NCBI GenBank assembly: GCA_035221665.1
Contig: CM069142.1
Coordinates: 56,482,001 to 56,546,000 of the forward strand
DNA length: 64,000 nt
Source of the DNA: Okamejei kenojei
Lineage: Eukaryota
Direction: 5' to 3'
Shown here: piece by piece, positions 23,330 through 37,873 of the stretch
Layout of the letters: the number at the start of each line of letters is the position of its first letter
Position numbering within the stretch: position 1 is the stretch's first letter
Notes under the pieces: model-generated
Told to the model about the DNA's origin: nothing
The model's input: the letters and a program-made list of their open reading frames with translations, nothing else
The model's database searches: none
Position numbers and translations under genes: made by a program

Positions 23330-23840
23330 CAACGTAAGGAATATTCTAACAACCTTCCACAGATGCACGATATAAAGTACCCTGACTGGTTGCATCGTGG
23401 CTGGCGTGATAATTCCAAGGTAAAGGAATGCAAGACACTGCAGAAAGTGTAGACTCACCTCAGCCCATCACGAGAACTAGAGCACAGGGGTTTAAGGTGA
23501 GGGGGGAAAGATTTAATAGGAACATGAGGGGCACACAAAGGGTGGTGGGTGTATTGAACAAGCTGATGGAAGAGGTAGTTGAGGCAGGTACTATCGCAAG
23601 TTCTAAACACAATTGGACAGGTACATATATAGGACAGGTTTCGAGGAATATGGGCCAAATGCAGGCAAGTGGGACTGGTGATGGGACATGCTGGTCCATG
23701 TGGGCAGGTTGGGCTGAAGGGCCTATTACCACACTGCATGACTATGACTCAAATATAACTCCTCCATCAAAAGCATCTACATGCGACACAACCTCAAGAA
23801 GGTGGCATCTATCATTAAGGATCCGCACCATTTGGGCAAT
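23330..23840 (+). mobile_element. Rex1 fragment interrupted by a CR1 3' end (23475-23750)
   Basis: CTGACTGGTTGCATCGTGGCTGG (LTGCI.AW) matches 24718-24745. Rex1 sequence resumes at about 23760 after a CR1 piece encoding GFKVRGERF...QRVVGVLNKL. Confidence 0.75.
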
Positions 23841-24674
23841 CCCCACAGATGCTGCTTGATCTGCTGACTATTTCCGACATTTTCTGTTTTTGTTTCAGAT
23901 ATACACAATCTGCAGGTGTGTGATTTCTTTTTTTTTAGCTTTGAGATCAATTGTGCGTGCTCTTGATTCTTAGAAACAACAGGAAAAAAAGCGAAAATGG
24001 CCCATCGGTCACTTAAAAGGCTTAGCCTTGCAGCTCTTAATATCTTGGCGGGCAAATATAGAAAACTTCACACTTGGAGTTATCTTTCAAAATTGGTGAT
24101 TAATTTATCCTCAATTGCAGTTTGTGTACAAGTTCAACATTTTTATTCTCCCTACCATGTAGTATAGTTTCTCAATATCACTATTTCAAATTCAAGAGTC
24201 CAATTTAAAGCTATGCCTCCTTATTCAAGGTTTACAAACCAACAGAACTTTTTCTTGGCATCTACTCTCAGTTCTCCTTAATCTCTAAGCTCCATTCAAG
24301 TTACCCCTTTATCTTTTAAATTAATAGAGAATACAACTCGTGTTTCTATCATCCCTTCTTATAATTTAATCATTGGTGTCAATGGTAAATTTATTTTGCA
24401 TTTCCTCAAATACCAATATGTCCTCCAAAAACATGGTAAAGGAACGGTTAGCTGTACTCCGAGTTTACTTGGAGTTTGTAGAACAATGGCATAATATTTA
24501 ACCTTTTCTACTCTAGCCCTCCTAATATTTCAACAGCGTCAAATTTCCATAGCTTCAAAATCCTGTGTTAACATCTCAAATGACCTGTACTGGGCCCAGC
24601 GTAGATATAATCATGAAGGAGGTTCATCAATGCTTCTGCATCCATAGACTATACATCACATGAACATGTCGCTG

Positions 24675-25215
24675 AATATTCTAACAGTCTTCAACAGAAA
24701 CACTGTGTAAAGTACCCTGACTGGTTGCATCATGGCCTGGTGTGACAATTCCAATGTACAGGAATGCAATATACAGAGTGGTAGATTCATCCCAAACAGA
24801 GCCATCTCCACCATTAAAGGTATCTACATGAGGTGCTGCTTCAAGAAGGTGACAGCTATTATCGAGTATCCCCACCACTTGGCCCATGTCCTCTTCTCGC
24901 TAACAACATCATGCAGGAGGTACAGACGTCTGATGTCCCACACCACAAGGTTCAAGAGCAGCTTCTTTCCTACAACCATCAAGTTCTTGAATCAGCCTGC
25001 AAAGCCCTAACCCTAGCTCAGCAAAAGGACAATGTGGACCACCACTTGCACTACTGACTTGTTTTCTAATTAGTATTTTTGCACTACTGTCTTATATTTT
25101 GTTCAGACCTATTCTTTTCACTGTCTTGTATAATGTATGAGTAATTTATGTATAATTTATATTTTTGTGTGTTGTCTGTACCTTAGTGCCTGTGATGCCA
25201 CTGCAAACACGATTT
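24675..25215 (+). mobile_element. Rex1/Babar LINE 3' end
   Basis: TIKGIYMRCC.KK...II..PHHLAH.LFSL...RRYR.L..HTTRFKSSFFP motif followed by 3' UTR. Confidence 0.85.
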
Positions 25216-26364
25216 ACTTCCCAAAAAGGCAACATTTCATACTTATCTCAATTAACTTCTATTTGCCATTCCTTGGCTCACTTACCCAACTGATCAAGTT
25301 CCTGTTATAATTCTTGTCAACCTTCTTCACGGTCTATTTTGTGTCAACTGCAAACTTAATAATCATGCTGTGTAATTCTCATCCAAATCGTTGATACTGA
25401 TGAAATACAACAATGGGCCCAGCATGGACCCTGAGGCACATCACCAGACTTGGTCCTGTAAGTCCTTTAAGAAGAAGTCAGACTGCTGTCAGGTTACAAA
25501 CAGGATTAAATATCACAGAAGAAGTACACGTAGGTTTACTGATATAAGAGACTAGTGGGGCATTTTAAATGTACTAGAAGCACCTTTTGATATAATGGAC
25601 AGAGTAATGTTGCCACAGATGTCATAATGTAATATCAGCACAATGATTTCTACTTGGCAGTATTTTTCAGTTATCGGAGATAAACGTTAAGCAATCCAAG
25701 TTTAATAAAATAAAGTTGCCGGTAAATAATTAAATTAATTGTGTTTCATTACCTTTCGTGAAGAAATTCCAGAGCGTTATCTTTTGCGGAAATGTAATTC
25801 ACTTCCCTCTGAAACAGCTTATTACAAGGTGCAATAAGGCTGCAATAAAAAAGTAGAGCTAATAATATGGAAAACCCTTTTTTTTAACACAGTTTTCAAT
25901 TAGGAATTCCATCCATTTTGTATTTCCATTGGAAGTTCATCCATTCATTTTGTGATGTTCAGTCGAGGTGTATTGTAAAGGCACAACATGGGGGTCAATA
26001 AATGAAAGTCACTAAAACTCTACTCATAATCAGAAGGAAAAACAGAAAATGTTGGGGACAGTCATCAGGCCATGCATCATCTGTGGAAAGAGATACAAAG
26101 TTTGAAGTCCAAAACCATTTCCTGTTTTTATTTTAGGTTTTGTGCTGAGAACTGAATGATTCAATTCTGCTTATAAACAGATGAGGCATGAGTTAATTTG
26201 GCATTGTAGATAGAGGGTGTGGTTTGAGGGGGAGAAGAGGAACCATCTGTAGAATTATTTAATTACTGCTTAGCATCTGTTTATTGTCACTGATGATTAC
26301 AATCATGGTTTAATATATATATTTAAGAAAGCTACAAATTATACAATTATAGAGTGTTAATCAT

Positions 26365-26540
26365 GGCACCAGGTCATTTCTAAAGCACATTATAGCTAAT
26401 GAAACTGTCTTAAAGTGTATTCACTGCAGTAATGTATGACGAGAGGAGCCAATTTTCATCCACAATAAGCCATATGATAATAATTAGATATTAATCATCT
26501 GTTTGTGTGATTCTGGGTGAAGAATAAATATTAGCCAGGT
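26365..26540 (-). mobile_element. Deu-domain SINE remnant
   Basis: Aligns by eye with 20140-20275 (TTAAAGTGTATTCAC...ATAAATATTAGCCAGG). Confidence 0.55.
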
Positions 26541-26554
26541 CTGCAGGGATAACT

Positions 26555-26900
26555 AGCAGAGCTGCCAGTACCACACCACCAGTAATCTGGGTTCAAATGT
26601 GAGCTCAGATGCTCCCTGCCTGGACTTGCCACATTCTCTCTGTGACTGTGTGATTTCCTCCAGATGCTCCAGTTTGCTTTCACATCCCAAAGAAAGAAAC
26701 TGCAAATGCTGGTATATACCAAATACAGACACAAAGCGTTGAAGCAATTCAGCGGATCAGGCAGCATCTCTGGAGAAAAAGGATGGGTGAGGTTTTGGGT
26801 CATGATCCTTCTGAAGAAGGATCACTCAGACAGAGAAACTGCCTGACCTGCTGAGTTACTCAGCACTTTGTCTATCTTGGGTTATTTGGTTAATTGGCCC
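26555..26900 (+). mobile_element. Old V-SINE interrupted by a Penelope-derived palindrome (26695-26878)
   Basis: SINE runs to CACATCCCAAAGA, the palindrome follows, and SINE sequence (GGTTAATTGGCC) resumes after it. Confidence 0.7.
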
Positions 26901-28459
26901 CTACTGCACATACATAATGGAAAGTGAGGGGAGGTGATGGAAACATGGGAAGAAAAGATTACAGAAAAATATATCAAAAGAAAATATGGAAAATACCCTC
27001 CTTCTGAGAAGGAAGGCAGGTGATCAGTTTAGCATTTCATCCAGAAGACACCACAACTGACCAGTTGTATCCAGGAAATCTAATCAACATCATACCAAAA
27101 TGTCAGTTTGAATTTTTGTACATGATTTTTGAATTCCACAGTCTGAAGAAGGGTCCTCACCCAAAATGTCGCCTATCCATGTTCTCCAAAGATGCTTCCT
27201 GACTCGCTGAGTTACTCCAGCACTTTGTATCATCGTATTGAATCGTGATTTACAATGCAAACAAAGACATGTCTGATTATTTAACATGTTATTGATAACC
27301 CTCCGCAGTTAAGAAACTAGATATTAGTCATGATTGAATTCAAAGTTTCTGACTGTGAATGAAATGATGTTTATAACTGCATCTCTTCCTCCAGAACCTG
27401 TTGAGTTTCAGTTACGGCTTAAAAATACTTATTACTGATAACATTAAATAAATTATTGAATCTTTTAAAGCAATCTGTTAATCAGATACATAAACTACCA
27501 CGGGAAGTACAAAATAGCTTTTTTATTTACACACATGATTTAATTTGTTGATCACAAAAGATTCTTGAAGATTTTAGATCCAGTTTTTCCTTTTGCCGAT
27601 TGTGGGGATTCAGTTAAGATAAAGAGCTGAATACTCAGACGTATTTAACCATCTCACCTTAAGCAAAAAATAAACTCAATAGTAGACGGAAATGTAATAG
27701 TATAGTCTTGCATAATCATGAATGTAAATATCACCATTAAAACCATTGGTTTACAAAAGCAACAACGTCTACCCTTGGACCTCTTCCAGCTGGCATTGGA
27801 TACCTGGTATTAAATGTGGCAAATTCAGATCACTTCAATCCAGATCACTTTCACGGATTATATCATTGCACATCGAGAATTAGATGATACCACCGGAATA
27901 ATTTTAATTATTTTTGCCGTCGACGCCAGATGGGGAGTAAGCGACTGACTTTAATACGTTAAATGTAGTGGTTACACTGCCCCTCGGAATATGTAGAGAT
28001 ATGCCCCAAAACAAAACCAAAGCCATCCCCTTGTGAAATCAATCGTGTTTCAATGCTACTTCTGAATAGACATTCTACACGTGCAACCAACATGTTTTTA
28101 TAGGTGTAACACCTGTAAGCGCGGAAGAATATTTTGCATGTGACTGACTGCACTTTGCTTTGTAATCCTTCATGTCGATAGTCATCTGCCGTCACGATAT
28201 TTTATAAACCTCTATTTAAGCTCCTCCCGTGAGGGTTTTTAAATGTGCCCTAAGTACCTTCGTAAGAGGATTTCCTCGCCATCGTTTATTTCCTGTGGTG
28301 TACAAATGTTGATGGATTTTAGTTTTGTTTCCGACCCTAAAGCGATAGCAGAGTGAACATCACTAAAGTAGAAGGTGGAATGACAATAGGTAATGTTTCC
28401 CCCTCCCGCCGTCTGCCTTGGTTTTTTAAAAAATCAGATTAGGCTCAAGTCATTTTTAA

Positions 28460-28684
28460 GTGTGGGAAGGAATTGCAGAATTGGTTTAAACCGAATATAC
28501 CGTAGGCACAAAAAACTGGAGTGACTCAGCGGGACAGGCAGCATCTCTGGAGAGAAGGAATGGGTGACGTTTCGGGTCGAGACCCTTCTTCAGACAGATT
28601 CTCGACCCGAAACGTCGCCCATTCCTTCTCTCCAGAGATGCTGCCTGTCCCGCTGAGTTACTCCAGCTTTTTGTGTCTATCTTC
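28460..28684. mobile_element. Palindromic Penelope-terminus-derived element (further fragments at 28748-28873 and 29035-29155)
   Basis: Long inverted arms, with an intact hammerhead core on the minus strand at about 28566-28593. Confidence 0.88.
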
Positions 28685-31600
28685 AGAGCGAGTCGCGATT
28701 AAAACAAAACATCATCAGCTTACTTCTTATAAAAAATAATAACATTTAGTCTGAGGAATGGTCTTGACCCGAAACGTCGCTTAGCCATGTTCTCCAGAGA
28801 TGCTGCCCGACCCGCCGAGTTACTCCAGCACTGTGTTTCTTTGTGATAAAGGAGCATCTGCATTTCCTTGTGTGATAACATTTAGGACTCGATTATAATT
28901 TGCCAAAGTAAGGTAGCATTGTGGTAATAATTGATAAATCTCTTTATTTTGCTAAAAATAATTCAACACTACCAAGGGCCTATTTCTGCGCTCCGTTTCT
29001 CTGTAACTCTATGACCTACAATGATATCTGTGGTGTTAGGAAGGAACTGCAGATACTGCTTTACACCGAAGGTAGACACAAAATGCTGGAGTAACTCAGC
29101 GGGTCAGGCAGCATCTTCTGAAGAAAAGCGATAGGTGACATTTCGGATCGGGCTGGCTAACATCGATATACAGAGTATGAGGCTGACAAAAACAATGTTG
29201 CTTTAGGTCAGAACACAATCATATCACGACTGATCACAAAATGCATTTAAGATTGACCCCAGTGATGGTGCAGTAATGTGTAAGATGTAAGTCAGGCGTG
29301 TTCTTTCTGCTGAAAGGTGTAGATATCCCTTCGCCACCCAAACTCTTCGGGACTGAGAATTTACACACAGTTGATCAAATCAAAATGCATCACAATTTAC
29401 ATTGAAACTTTTTTTGGGGTCAAAAATATAATCAGTGATCTCTTTTAAAAGCCGGTCTTTCTTTGTGAACGTTCAATATGAAGAATTGGCCGAGCGGAAA
29501 GTTTCAAATCCACCCACCCACCCATCCAAGTGTGCAGAAAAATCACGACCCGAAACGTTGCCTATCCATTTCATTCACAGTCGCTACCTGGTCCGTGTTT
29601 TATTCCAGACTTTGTGTTTTGCTCTAGATTCCAACATCTGTAGTAAGTTGTGTTTTCTTTAAAATCCGTCTTGATTTCTCCATCTTAAGTAACATTTTAA
29701 TATCAAGGGTTTGAAATATGACCATATTTATGTTCGCGTATGTCCGAATAGTTGTTTGTAATGGGTATTTCTAATCCCGTAGTAAAACAACTAATTAGAC
29801 ACATTTGTTCATTGAGAAATTATTTTTCTTTTAATTTTCATGAGTCTTGAATAAGCTTATATTGTGGGATTTTTCTTTAACAGCCCATCAGATGTTACAT
29901 TTGCAAACAAGTATTCCCTCGTCAGGTTGTATGTAAACGCAATTTTGGTGTTAATGTTTTCAATGAAAAAAGGTAAACACATTCTATCCAACATCCGACC
30001 ACGAGATCAGAGGGCGTCGTAAAAAGAAGGAACCTCTACAATTTGTATTCAAACATGTTGAAATCCAAATGCAGGAGGGTTGTTTTAGATTATATGTTAT
30101 TTCACCTACGATCAACGTCGGGTACGACAGGAGGATAACGTGACAGGGTGGTTTGGATTGTTCTTCCTTTCTGTTTGGTTCCACTATTAAGATGATCGGT
30201 TTAGATTATAAACGGAAATCCAGATCAGCAATGATTTCGTTTGTAAAAGCAATCACGCGATAAATAGCAAAATTTAGGCGTGTAATTCTTTTCAATTATG
30301 CATAACACCAAGAGTACTAAAAAAAGTCGAGCTAATCCTATTAATATTGCATATTATGACGATCTCTTTTACCTCTTTTGCCTTTCTCGCTATATTTATA
30401 CACTGCTCTGATTCAAAATACCTCGACCCGAAACGTCGCCTATTCCATCGCTCCATAGATGCTGACTCACCCGCTGAATTTCTCCAGCTTTTTTGTCTAC
30501 CTATGTGAAATCAAAGTGTTTACTGTAGATCATTTGGGAGAAAACAATTAACTGACTCCAATTTAATCAACATTTCTTAAAATGGGAATCATTGACAGTT
30601 TCCTTTTCGGTTACCAAATATGTTTAATATCTTTTATCAATGAGAAAAAATGCCCCTTTGCAATGTTTTCACAAACTATAAACAACTGTTTGTGTTAACA
30701 TCTAGTCATACATTAAATGAGTTCGGATATCCGGGGTTTCCTGATCATTTCAATATTAGACACAGTTCCCCCTCAAAAAAGAGAATTTTCCAATGTCTGT
30801 GGCAATATTTTACCCATTTGAATTGCAAAATATTTTTCATTTTCCTTCAATTAGGAGAATTGCAATCGATATGTGTTGAGAAAGAAGAAAATATAGGCCC
30901 TTAATTGCAGGTTTTTCAGCTGAATTGTTTTTATGAACATTAATGACACAAAAAATAAGGCCAATACAAATTTAAAGAAACTTTCAGGTTTTGGATTTTA
31001 TGATGTACAAAACCTTCTTATTTCTTTAACAGATCGCAATCCATGAATTGAATGTTGTTTGGTATTTATAACCAGTTTAAACAGGACAATTGCTGCCCTG
31101 GCATCATGTAAAATTAAACTTAAATGCAATTAAGAGGGTGATCTCCTTTATTTTTGCACTAACATTATACTGGTTATTATAGTGAATACATAACATGCAT
31201 ATTCATTTTGCTTTCTGTGGTTTATCTTTATCCAAGTACATAGAGAATAGAAATAGAAAACATATCCTCTAATCGTCTCCTGACGTTTCATCAATGTGAC
31301 TCTTTGTTTATTGAGCGAGAAATCAGCATTCTGCCAAAAAATGTCCTTCCTCCCTGGAGATCAGTCTAAATAGTGGTCACATCTGTCACTTACTGCTCAT
31401 GCAGAATCACACTTTCATCTTGCAGGCTGTAAGAATAATCTTCACTAACTTATACAGTGCCACCATTTGTGCTACAGATACCATCAATCATCTGCAGATG
31501 GGTAACACTTTTGCAGCATCTAGAACAAAAAGATTAGAACATTCATGTTATAGGCACATTTATAGAATTCCAATATTTATTAAAATACATTTATTATATC

Positions 31601-32904
31601 TAAAATGCTCTAAACCTCTTGTTCAGTGTTGATATAATCATTGGTCTTCCTGCTGTTCTGGAAAATTACCTAATTAAAAGAGATTAATACTTAATGTTAA
31701 TTAATTCTATATTTAATCCTTTAGTACTGTGTAATAACCATTAATTCTTAAAGATTAACTAGCATTTTTCATGAAATGAAGTAACTTGGACAAGTTTATT
31801 TGACAAAGTGACCTAAAGACCACAGACAGGTTAAACCCATAGATTCTTTTTGGTAAGACAAACCAATTAACGCATGTCTGTGATAAAATCCAAGTAATAT
31901 ATAATATGTAACTTACATTATCTCTGGCTAAAAACTGACTTGAAGGATAGAGGCAGATTAATTTGCAAACATATTAAAAAATAAAAACAAACCTTAATTA
32001 ATTTGCCATTAATCATAGAATGAGTTTTGTTTGCAACCTTTGGACTTCTACAGCAAACATATCATTTATTCCATAAATTAATTAATGCTTACTGGTCATA
32101 ACACTGGCATCCTCTGAGCAGTAAATGAAATTATGTGTCCGCATATCGTATTTTATCAGGTATTTGTGGTGGGAAGTGAAGGAACACCATCACTTCACAA
32201 GCCGTTGAACACCAGCCTTCCATCGAACCATGCTTTCTGAAGATACCGAAACAAATGTTAAACAACTTTGTTGTCATTCCTCATTGTTCTAAATAACTCA
32301 TAGATTTTGCATTGAATAGTCCATCCATAGTTCTCCGAACATATCTAACTCCTGAATAATATTTTAAAATATAATAAACACCAAATGCTACAAATATTAA
32401 ATGGAAAATATAATGCTGTACTAATCCAAATAATCAGTTTCTCATAAAAATAAAAATAAGTAGCATCTCATATGCACACATAACATTTAATAAAATTGTT
32501 AGTCAGTTGCTTAATTTGAGACTGTTCAACAAATTATTTTCTCTAATAGATGAATGAATTTTCCGAGTTTTTTTCTTACCTAATTTAGATCTAATCTTTC
32601 TATTATTTTCAGGTGTAACTTTGCATTCTGGACATGGATCTGTTAAAGTTGGCCCTTACATTTGAAATGGAAAAATAAATCTATTGTTATGGTACATAAT
32701 AAGCATATTGCACAGTTCTTCAATCTTTCTGACACATGCAAGATAATGAAGTTAAATTAATTTATGGACTTAAATGGAGAGCCAGTGGAGCAAGTATGAC
32801 TGCAGAGCCCAAAACAAGCATGGATATAAAGCATATTTTTAAAAACATTACGCAAAAGTCATATTTGCTTCCACCATCTCCCCAAGTTGCATGTTCCAGG
32901 CACC

Positions 32905-33400
32905 ACATTCAGAGTAAAATCTTGGCTTGTAAATATCCTTTAAACTTATCCTCTCATTGTAAAGCAATGCATTCTAGTATTTTGACAGTATCTGTCCTAT
33001 CTATGTCTCCTGTAATTTTATAAACTTCCATCAGGTTTCTCCTCAACCTTTGACTTTCCAGAGAAAACAATCCAAGGATATCTGAAGAAGGGTCTCGACC
33101 TGCAACGTCACCCATTCCTCCTCTCCAGAGATGCTGCTTGCCCCGCTGAGTTACTCCAGCATTTTGTGCCTGCCCAAGTTTGTCCAACCTCTCATCATAG
33201 GTAATATTCGTTAATGATGACAACAGCCTGATGAACCTCTTCTGCAAGCTCTCCAAAGCCTCCACATACATCTGCAAATCGTTGACCAGAATATAACCTG
33301 CAACATGAATTATTTTGCACTCAATTCCCTGACCAATGATGACAAGTATGACATATGTCTTTTTAACCACCCCATCCACCCGTATTGCCAACATCAGGAC
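32905..33400 (-). mobile_element. CR1 fragment with nested Penelope terminus (33081-33170)
   Basis: LESLQKRFIRLL...YDERLDKLG[insert]LGLFSLESQRLRRNLMEVYKI, with CCAAG duplicated around the insert. Confidence 0.85.
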
Positions 33401-34869
33401 TTGAGCTTAAGCTAAGGACTTGAGGCCCAATCTCTCAGTACATTAATTCGTCTAAGTGCCCTGCCTTTGTCAAACATCCAATGATTAATGTTTTATGCGT
33501 CACTGTATGTCATATTGTCACTTGCGGGCAGAGCACCAAGGCAAATTCCTTGCATGTTAATACTTGGCCAATAAATGTATTCATTCATAAATAGGATTTT
33601 TTAATATCAATATATCAATAACAATAATCTATGCTGAAATCCGTTTAAAATAACTGAGTAAGTTCTGCATAAATATTGTGGTGCCATTTTGGGTTGGAAC
33701 CCGTCTTCATACCGATGATCAGGCTGAAGAAGCGTCCCATCCCAAAACGGCATCCACAGTTCCTTGGGTTTTCTCTAACTAAATTTGGCATACCTTTGAC
33801 TTCACCCTTTAATAAACAAATTGCCTCCTGATCTTTTTCATGCATATCGTGAAAGATATTTTCCTATACATTATCCATATGGAAACAAGAATAGACACAT
33901 TCCCCAAGGTTTGAAAGAAGAGCAAAATAGTTCAATTCCACGATATTCAAGTAAAAATAGGATGCACCACATAAAATGAAATAATTTACATGATCATTTG
34001 TATTTGAACAATTTCGTTTAATGGAATTTATTATAGATCCAGAAGACATTGTAACACTCCCTTTGTATGCGTTCACCTTTGAGATGCTGACATCAGTTGT
34101 TAATGAGTCCTAAATGTGTAGGAAGGAAGATGCTGATTACATTGAAGATAGACACAAAATGTTGCTGTAACTCAGCGGGACAGGCAGCATTCTCTGGAGA
34201 GAAGGAATGGGTGACATTTCTTTAATTCCTAAGTTGGTTTATCTATTAAATTCAATGAGTGAATTGGGAGACAATGTTATTGCTTCATCAATGAGTTACT
34301 GAAGCTGAGATGAATGTTGACTCAGACCAGAACAAAAATAGAAATAAAAGAGAAATTGTTGAATTTTACATAGAAATAAATGTGACTCTGCTATCTGTTG
34401 GCCATCCAATGATTTGGAAGATTTAGATTGTCGTGTAAACTACATATTTTATTTTAAATAACAAAAGTAAGATTTTTTAAAAATCTATCAATAATGACTT
34501 GCGCGACTTTTTCGGCAACTGTCGGCACCCGTCATAGGTTGTTGCAGGTCGCCAAAAATTTTCAACATGTTGAAAACCCAGCGGTGAACAACTGCTTCTG
34601 CATGTACAATGCAACCTGATGTACATTTTCACAAGCAAGATGTCAAACAAAATTTGTCATGGAAGCAATGCAGAAAACAGATCAAATAATCATAAGCTTG
34701 GTCAAAGAGGTAGAATTTTAGAGGTAGAGGGAGTTCCTTGAAATTGCAAACAAATTCAAGCAGGGAAGTACACAATGGTTTTGTAGCTGACGGCATTGCC
34801 ACTTGTACTACAGTGGAATTACTATATTTGATGTTGAGAGAACATTACAATTCTATGAATGCAATGGCT

Positions 34870-35150
34870 AAGGGGAAGTCATTTAAGACTGAGGTGAGAA
34901 AAAACTTTTTCACCCAGAGGGTTGTGAATTTATGGAATTCCCTGCCACAGGGGGCAGTGGAGGCCAAATCACTGGATGGATTTAAGAGAGAGTTAGATAG
35001 AGCTCTAGGGGCTAGTGGAGTCAAGGGGTATGGGGAGAAGGCAGGCACCGGTTATTGACAGGGGATGATCAGCCATGATCACAATGAATAGCGGTGCTGG
35101 CTCGAAGGGCTGAATGGTCTCCTCCTGCACCTATTTTCTATGTTTCTGTG
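34870..35150 (+). mobile_element. CR1 (HER1-like) LINE 3' end
   Basis: FKTEVRKNFFTQRVVNLWNSLPQGAVEA...GYGEKAGTGY* followed by 3' UTR and (TTTCTATG)-type tail. Confidence 0.92.
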
Positions 35151-35644
35151 TTACTAGATGAGTATTCAAAGCTTGGAACCATTAATTTGGACATGCAAGT
35201 TTAAAATCAAATCAAATTGAAGAATGTAAATTGAAGCATGCAACATGGAATAATAAACTAGTGTTTGTACTAATAATCATGAAGCTCCTGGCTTGTTTTA
35301 AAAATGCATCAAAAATGAGGCGAAAATTTATCTTTCTTACCAGATTTGGGCAAAATGTGATTCCAGAACTAAATTATGTTGACTCTTACTGTAGCTGTCC
35401 TGCATCTCAGCAGTAATAAATTCTGCGGCAATAAATTCTGAGTTTATCTGGTGTGTTCTATATCTTATGCAAAAATAAATTTAAAAGATTTGAAGGAAAA
35501 AATAAGTTGGTATGGAGGAAGCCTACAGAATTACTTGAAAATAATTATGAAAATTTTAAAATTGCTTAAAGGGAAACCAGTGTAGATCTGCAATCAGTGT
35601 GGTGATGGTTGAAAGCATTTTAATATGTAAAGAATAACAGTGTT

Positions 35645-35915
35645 GTTTAGTCTAGTTTAAATTTAGTTTAGTTTAATTTAGAGATGCAATGCATAATCAA
35701 GGCCTTTGGCCAACTGATTCCATGCCAACCAATGATCACCTGTACACTAGTTGTATCCTTACACACAAGGGACAATTTACAGAAGCCAATTAAACTACAA
35801 ACTTGCATGTTTTTGGAATGTGAGAGGAAACTCTGTACAGGATCGAACCCGGGTTCCTGGGTCAGGATCATACCCGGGTCTCTGTAAGACAGCAACTCTA
35901 CCACTGTGCTGCCCT
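35645..35915 (-). mobile_element. HE1-type V-SINE
   Basis: Head GGGCAGCACAGTGGTAGAGTTGCTG on the minus strand, partial V-domain, (CTAAA)n tail. Confidence 0.85.
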
Positions 35916-36231
35916 GTTGTCTTAGTACAATTGAAATTAGGGAGCAAAACAGGTCAAGAGTGCATTGAATTTATCTAACAGGAAGTAGCAACGGCATGGA
36001 TAATTATTTAAGGAGAACTTGAGATGAAGCAGTGACAGATCTAATAAAGCAACAGAGAAGGAAATGTGCCAGGGGAAGATAGGGTTTTCATTATGGTGCA
36101 GATATATGGTCCAAAATGTATCTCAGGATCTAATGCAAGATTGATTAGTAGGACTGGATGTTACAACCCCTAATATTTTTTCATTACAATTGACATACTT
36201 GGGTATGACCACCAGGTGAATTTGCTAACAA

Positions 36232-37038
36232 TCAGACACATCTTCAGTTGTGTACCTCAACGTCACTGGGTGTTTCGGCCTTTTATCACAAGACACCCTC
36301 AGTCGAGGCAGGCCCACCGCAGGTTGATCAGACCTGGGTGTGTGTCTTATTGCTAGCCTCTAGATGGTCACGCGGCAGCCCAGACAGCATCTTTCCTCTT
36401 CAGCCACAGCCAGTGACTGCTCCGTTCGGCGGCATTGGCAAGTTCTTTTATTGCCCTCCTTTGTGCCTGCCCTATGACTCCTATTTCCCTCAGGAATCTT
36501 GCAGTAGAACTGGCTACAAAGCCCCTGCACCCCTCCTCCACTGGACACACCCTTACACTAAAACCTCTCTCCTCTGTCTCTGCCTCTGCTGTAAGGTTTG
36601 AATATCAAAGCTTTTTTCTTTCATAAGCCTCATACACAGCCTCCTCCCAGGGGACCGTCAGCTCAATGATGAAAACACGCCGACAGGAGTTGGACCAGAG
36701 AACGAGGTCTGGTCACAGGTTGGTAACTGCGATTTCAACTGGGAATGAAAGCCTCTGGCCTAGGTCAAAACGCATTTCCCAGTCCCTGGCTGCGTTTAGT
36801 GGACATGAGTTGAGAGGCAAGGGGTTAGTCCTCCGCTTCTCTCCTTCCCGGATGAAGGATGGTATTTGCAGGAATGTTACCTGGGCATTGATCGGCATGG
36901 CGTTGGTGGTAACTCTCTTGCACTCGAGTTCAGCTGCCAAACACCTGGTTGTGTCGCCAGGTGTATCTGCCTTTTGCTAGGCTGGTCTTACAACCGACCA
37001 GGATGTGCTTGAGGTTTGCTGGAACTGCACACAGGGGA
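36232..37038 (-). mobile_element. Hero-type (R2 superfamily) non-LTR retrotransposon 3' end with restriction-like endonuclease
   Basis: Zinc knuckle remnant LCAVPANLKHILVGC, then RYTWRHNQV, PDLVLW...FIIELTVPWEE...ERKK, PVEEGCRGFVASS and AAERSSHWLWLKR. Disrupted by stops and frameshifts. Confidence 0.88.
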
Positions 37039-37873
37039 TCAAGGTTAATAAGATCGAGGTTATAATAATCTGGTTCATCGTTAAATAAATGGTAGCAAGA
37101 GTTGCTATTGAAGGAAAGGAATTTATGGAAAGTACCGAGTCAATGATTTGTCTTCCCAATATTTAGTTGGATCACTCACATAAGCTTTGGAAAAAAATAG
37201 ATGGACAACTTAAATTCAGTGAAGGTGGTGGCAGAATAATTCTGCTGGTCATTCTCATTATGTAGGTGAAAACTGCCAATTGGCAATCATGTTTATGATC
37301 TTGGTTTCTGGAGCTAAAGATAGATCATTGGGACACACCAGAGCTAATGCTGCAGACACACAGAGACAGAAGACATTGAAATACATTTTTCTGGCTATGT
37401 CTAAATAGATAGGAATGGACCTGGGCATATATGATCTCACTCAAGTTAACAATGAGAGAGAGCCCTTAAAAGCTGAGGTTTCCTGCCAAATATCGGAGTA
37501 TTGGCAAGTGACTTTATTTTGTATTATGCGTGAAAATTCCAGCTCTCTTTGGCAGCTTCCATAAGGGAGTTACATGGTGGTCAATCATCACTGCTGTGGA
37601 CATGTTTGAGCCAATTATTCAATTCCCAGCTTTACCACAAATGACCACAACTCTTTCATGTCCTCCCACAACAGCCAGAGTGCTGACATCTGATCCTTTC
37701 TGCATTCTGCCTGGATCTAATGATCTTTCAGGATGGTTAAAGGTGGAGGGAATATTAAATGAATCATTTAACAGTGAAAGGAGAATTATTATTGTTATTG
37801 GCATTGATCTTCAGAATCAAGTAGCTGACTAATGTGGATCTGCTCACTGCCTTCTTTTTATTTTAGAAGACTA

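Noticed and set aside
34495-34590. CpG-rich patch with TTTTCAACATGTTGAAAA palindrome
   Set aside because: Probably an internal fragment of a Harbinger-type MITE; no termini are present to support a call.
36232-36310. Hammerhead in the Hero 3' UTR (GGGTGTC...GAAACACCC...CTGAAGA on the minus strand)
   Set aside because: CUGAnGA falls outside the GUC-to-GAAA interval, so stems I and II cannot be built.
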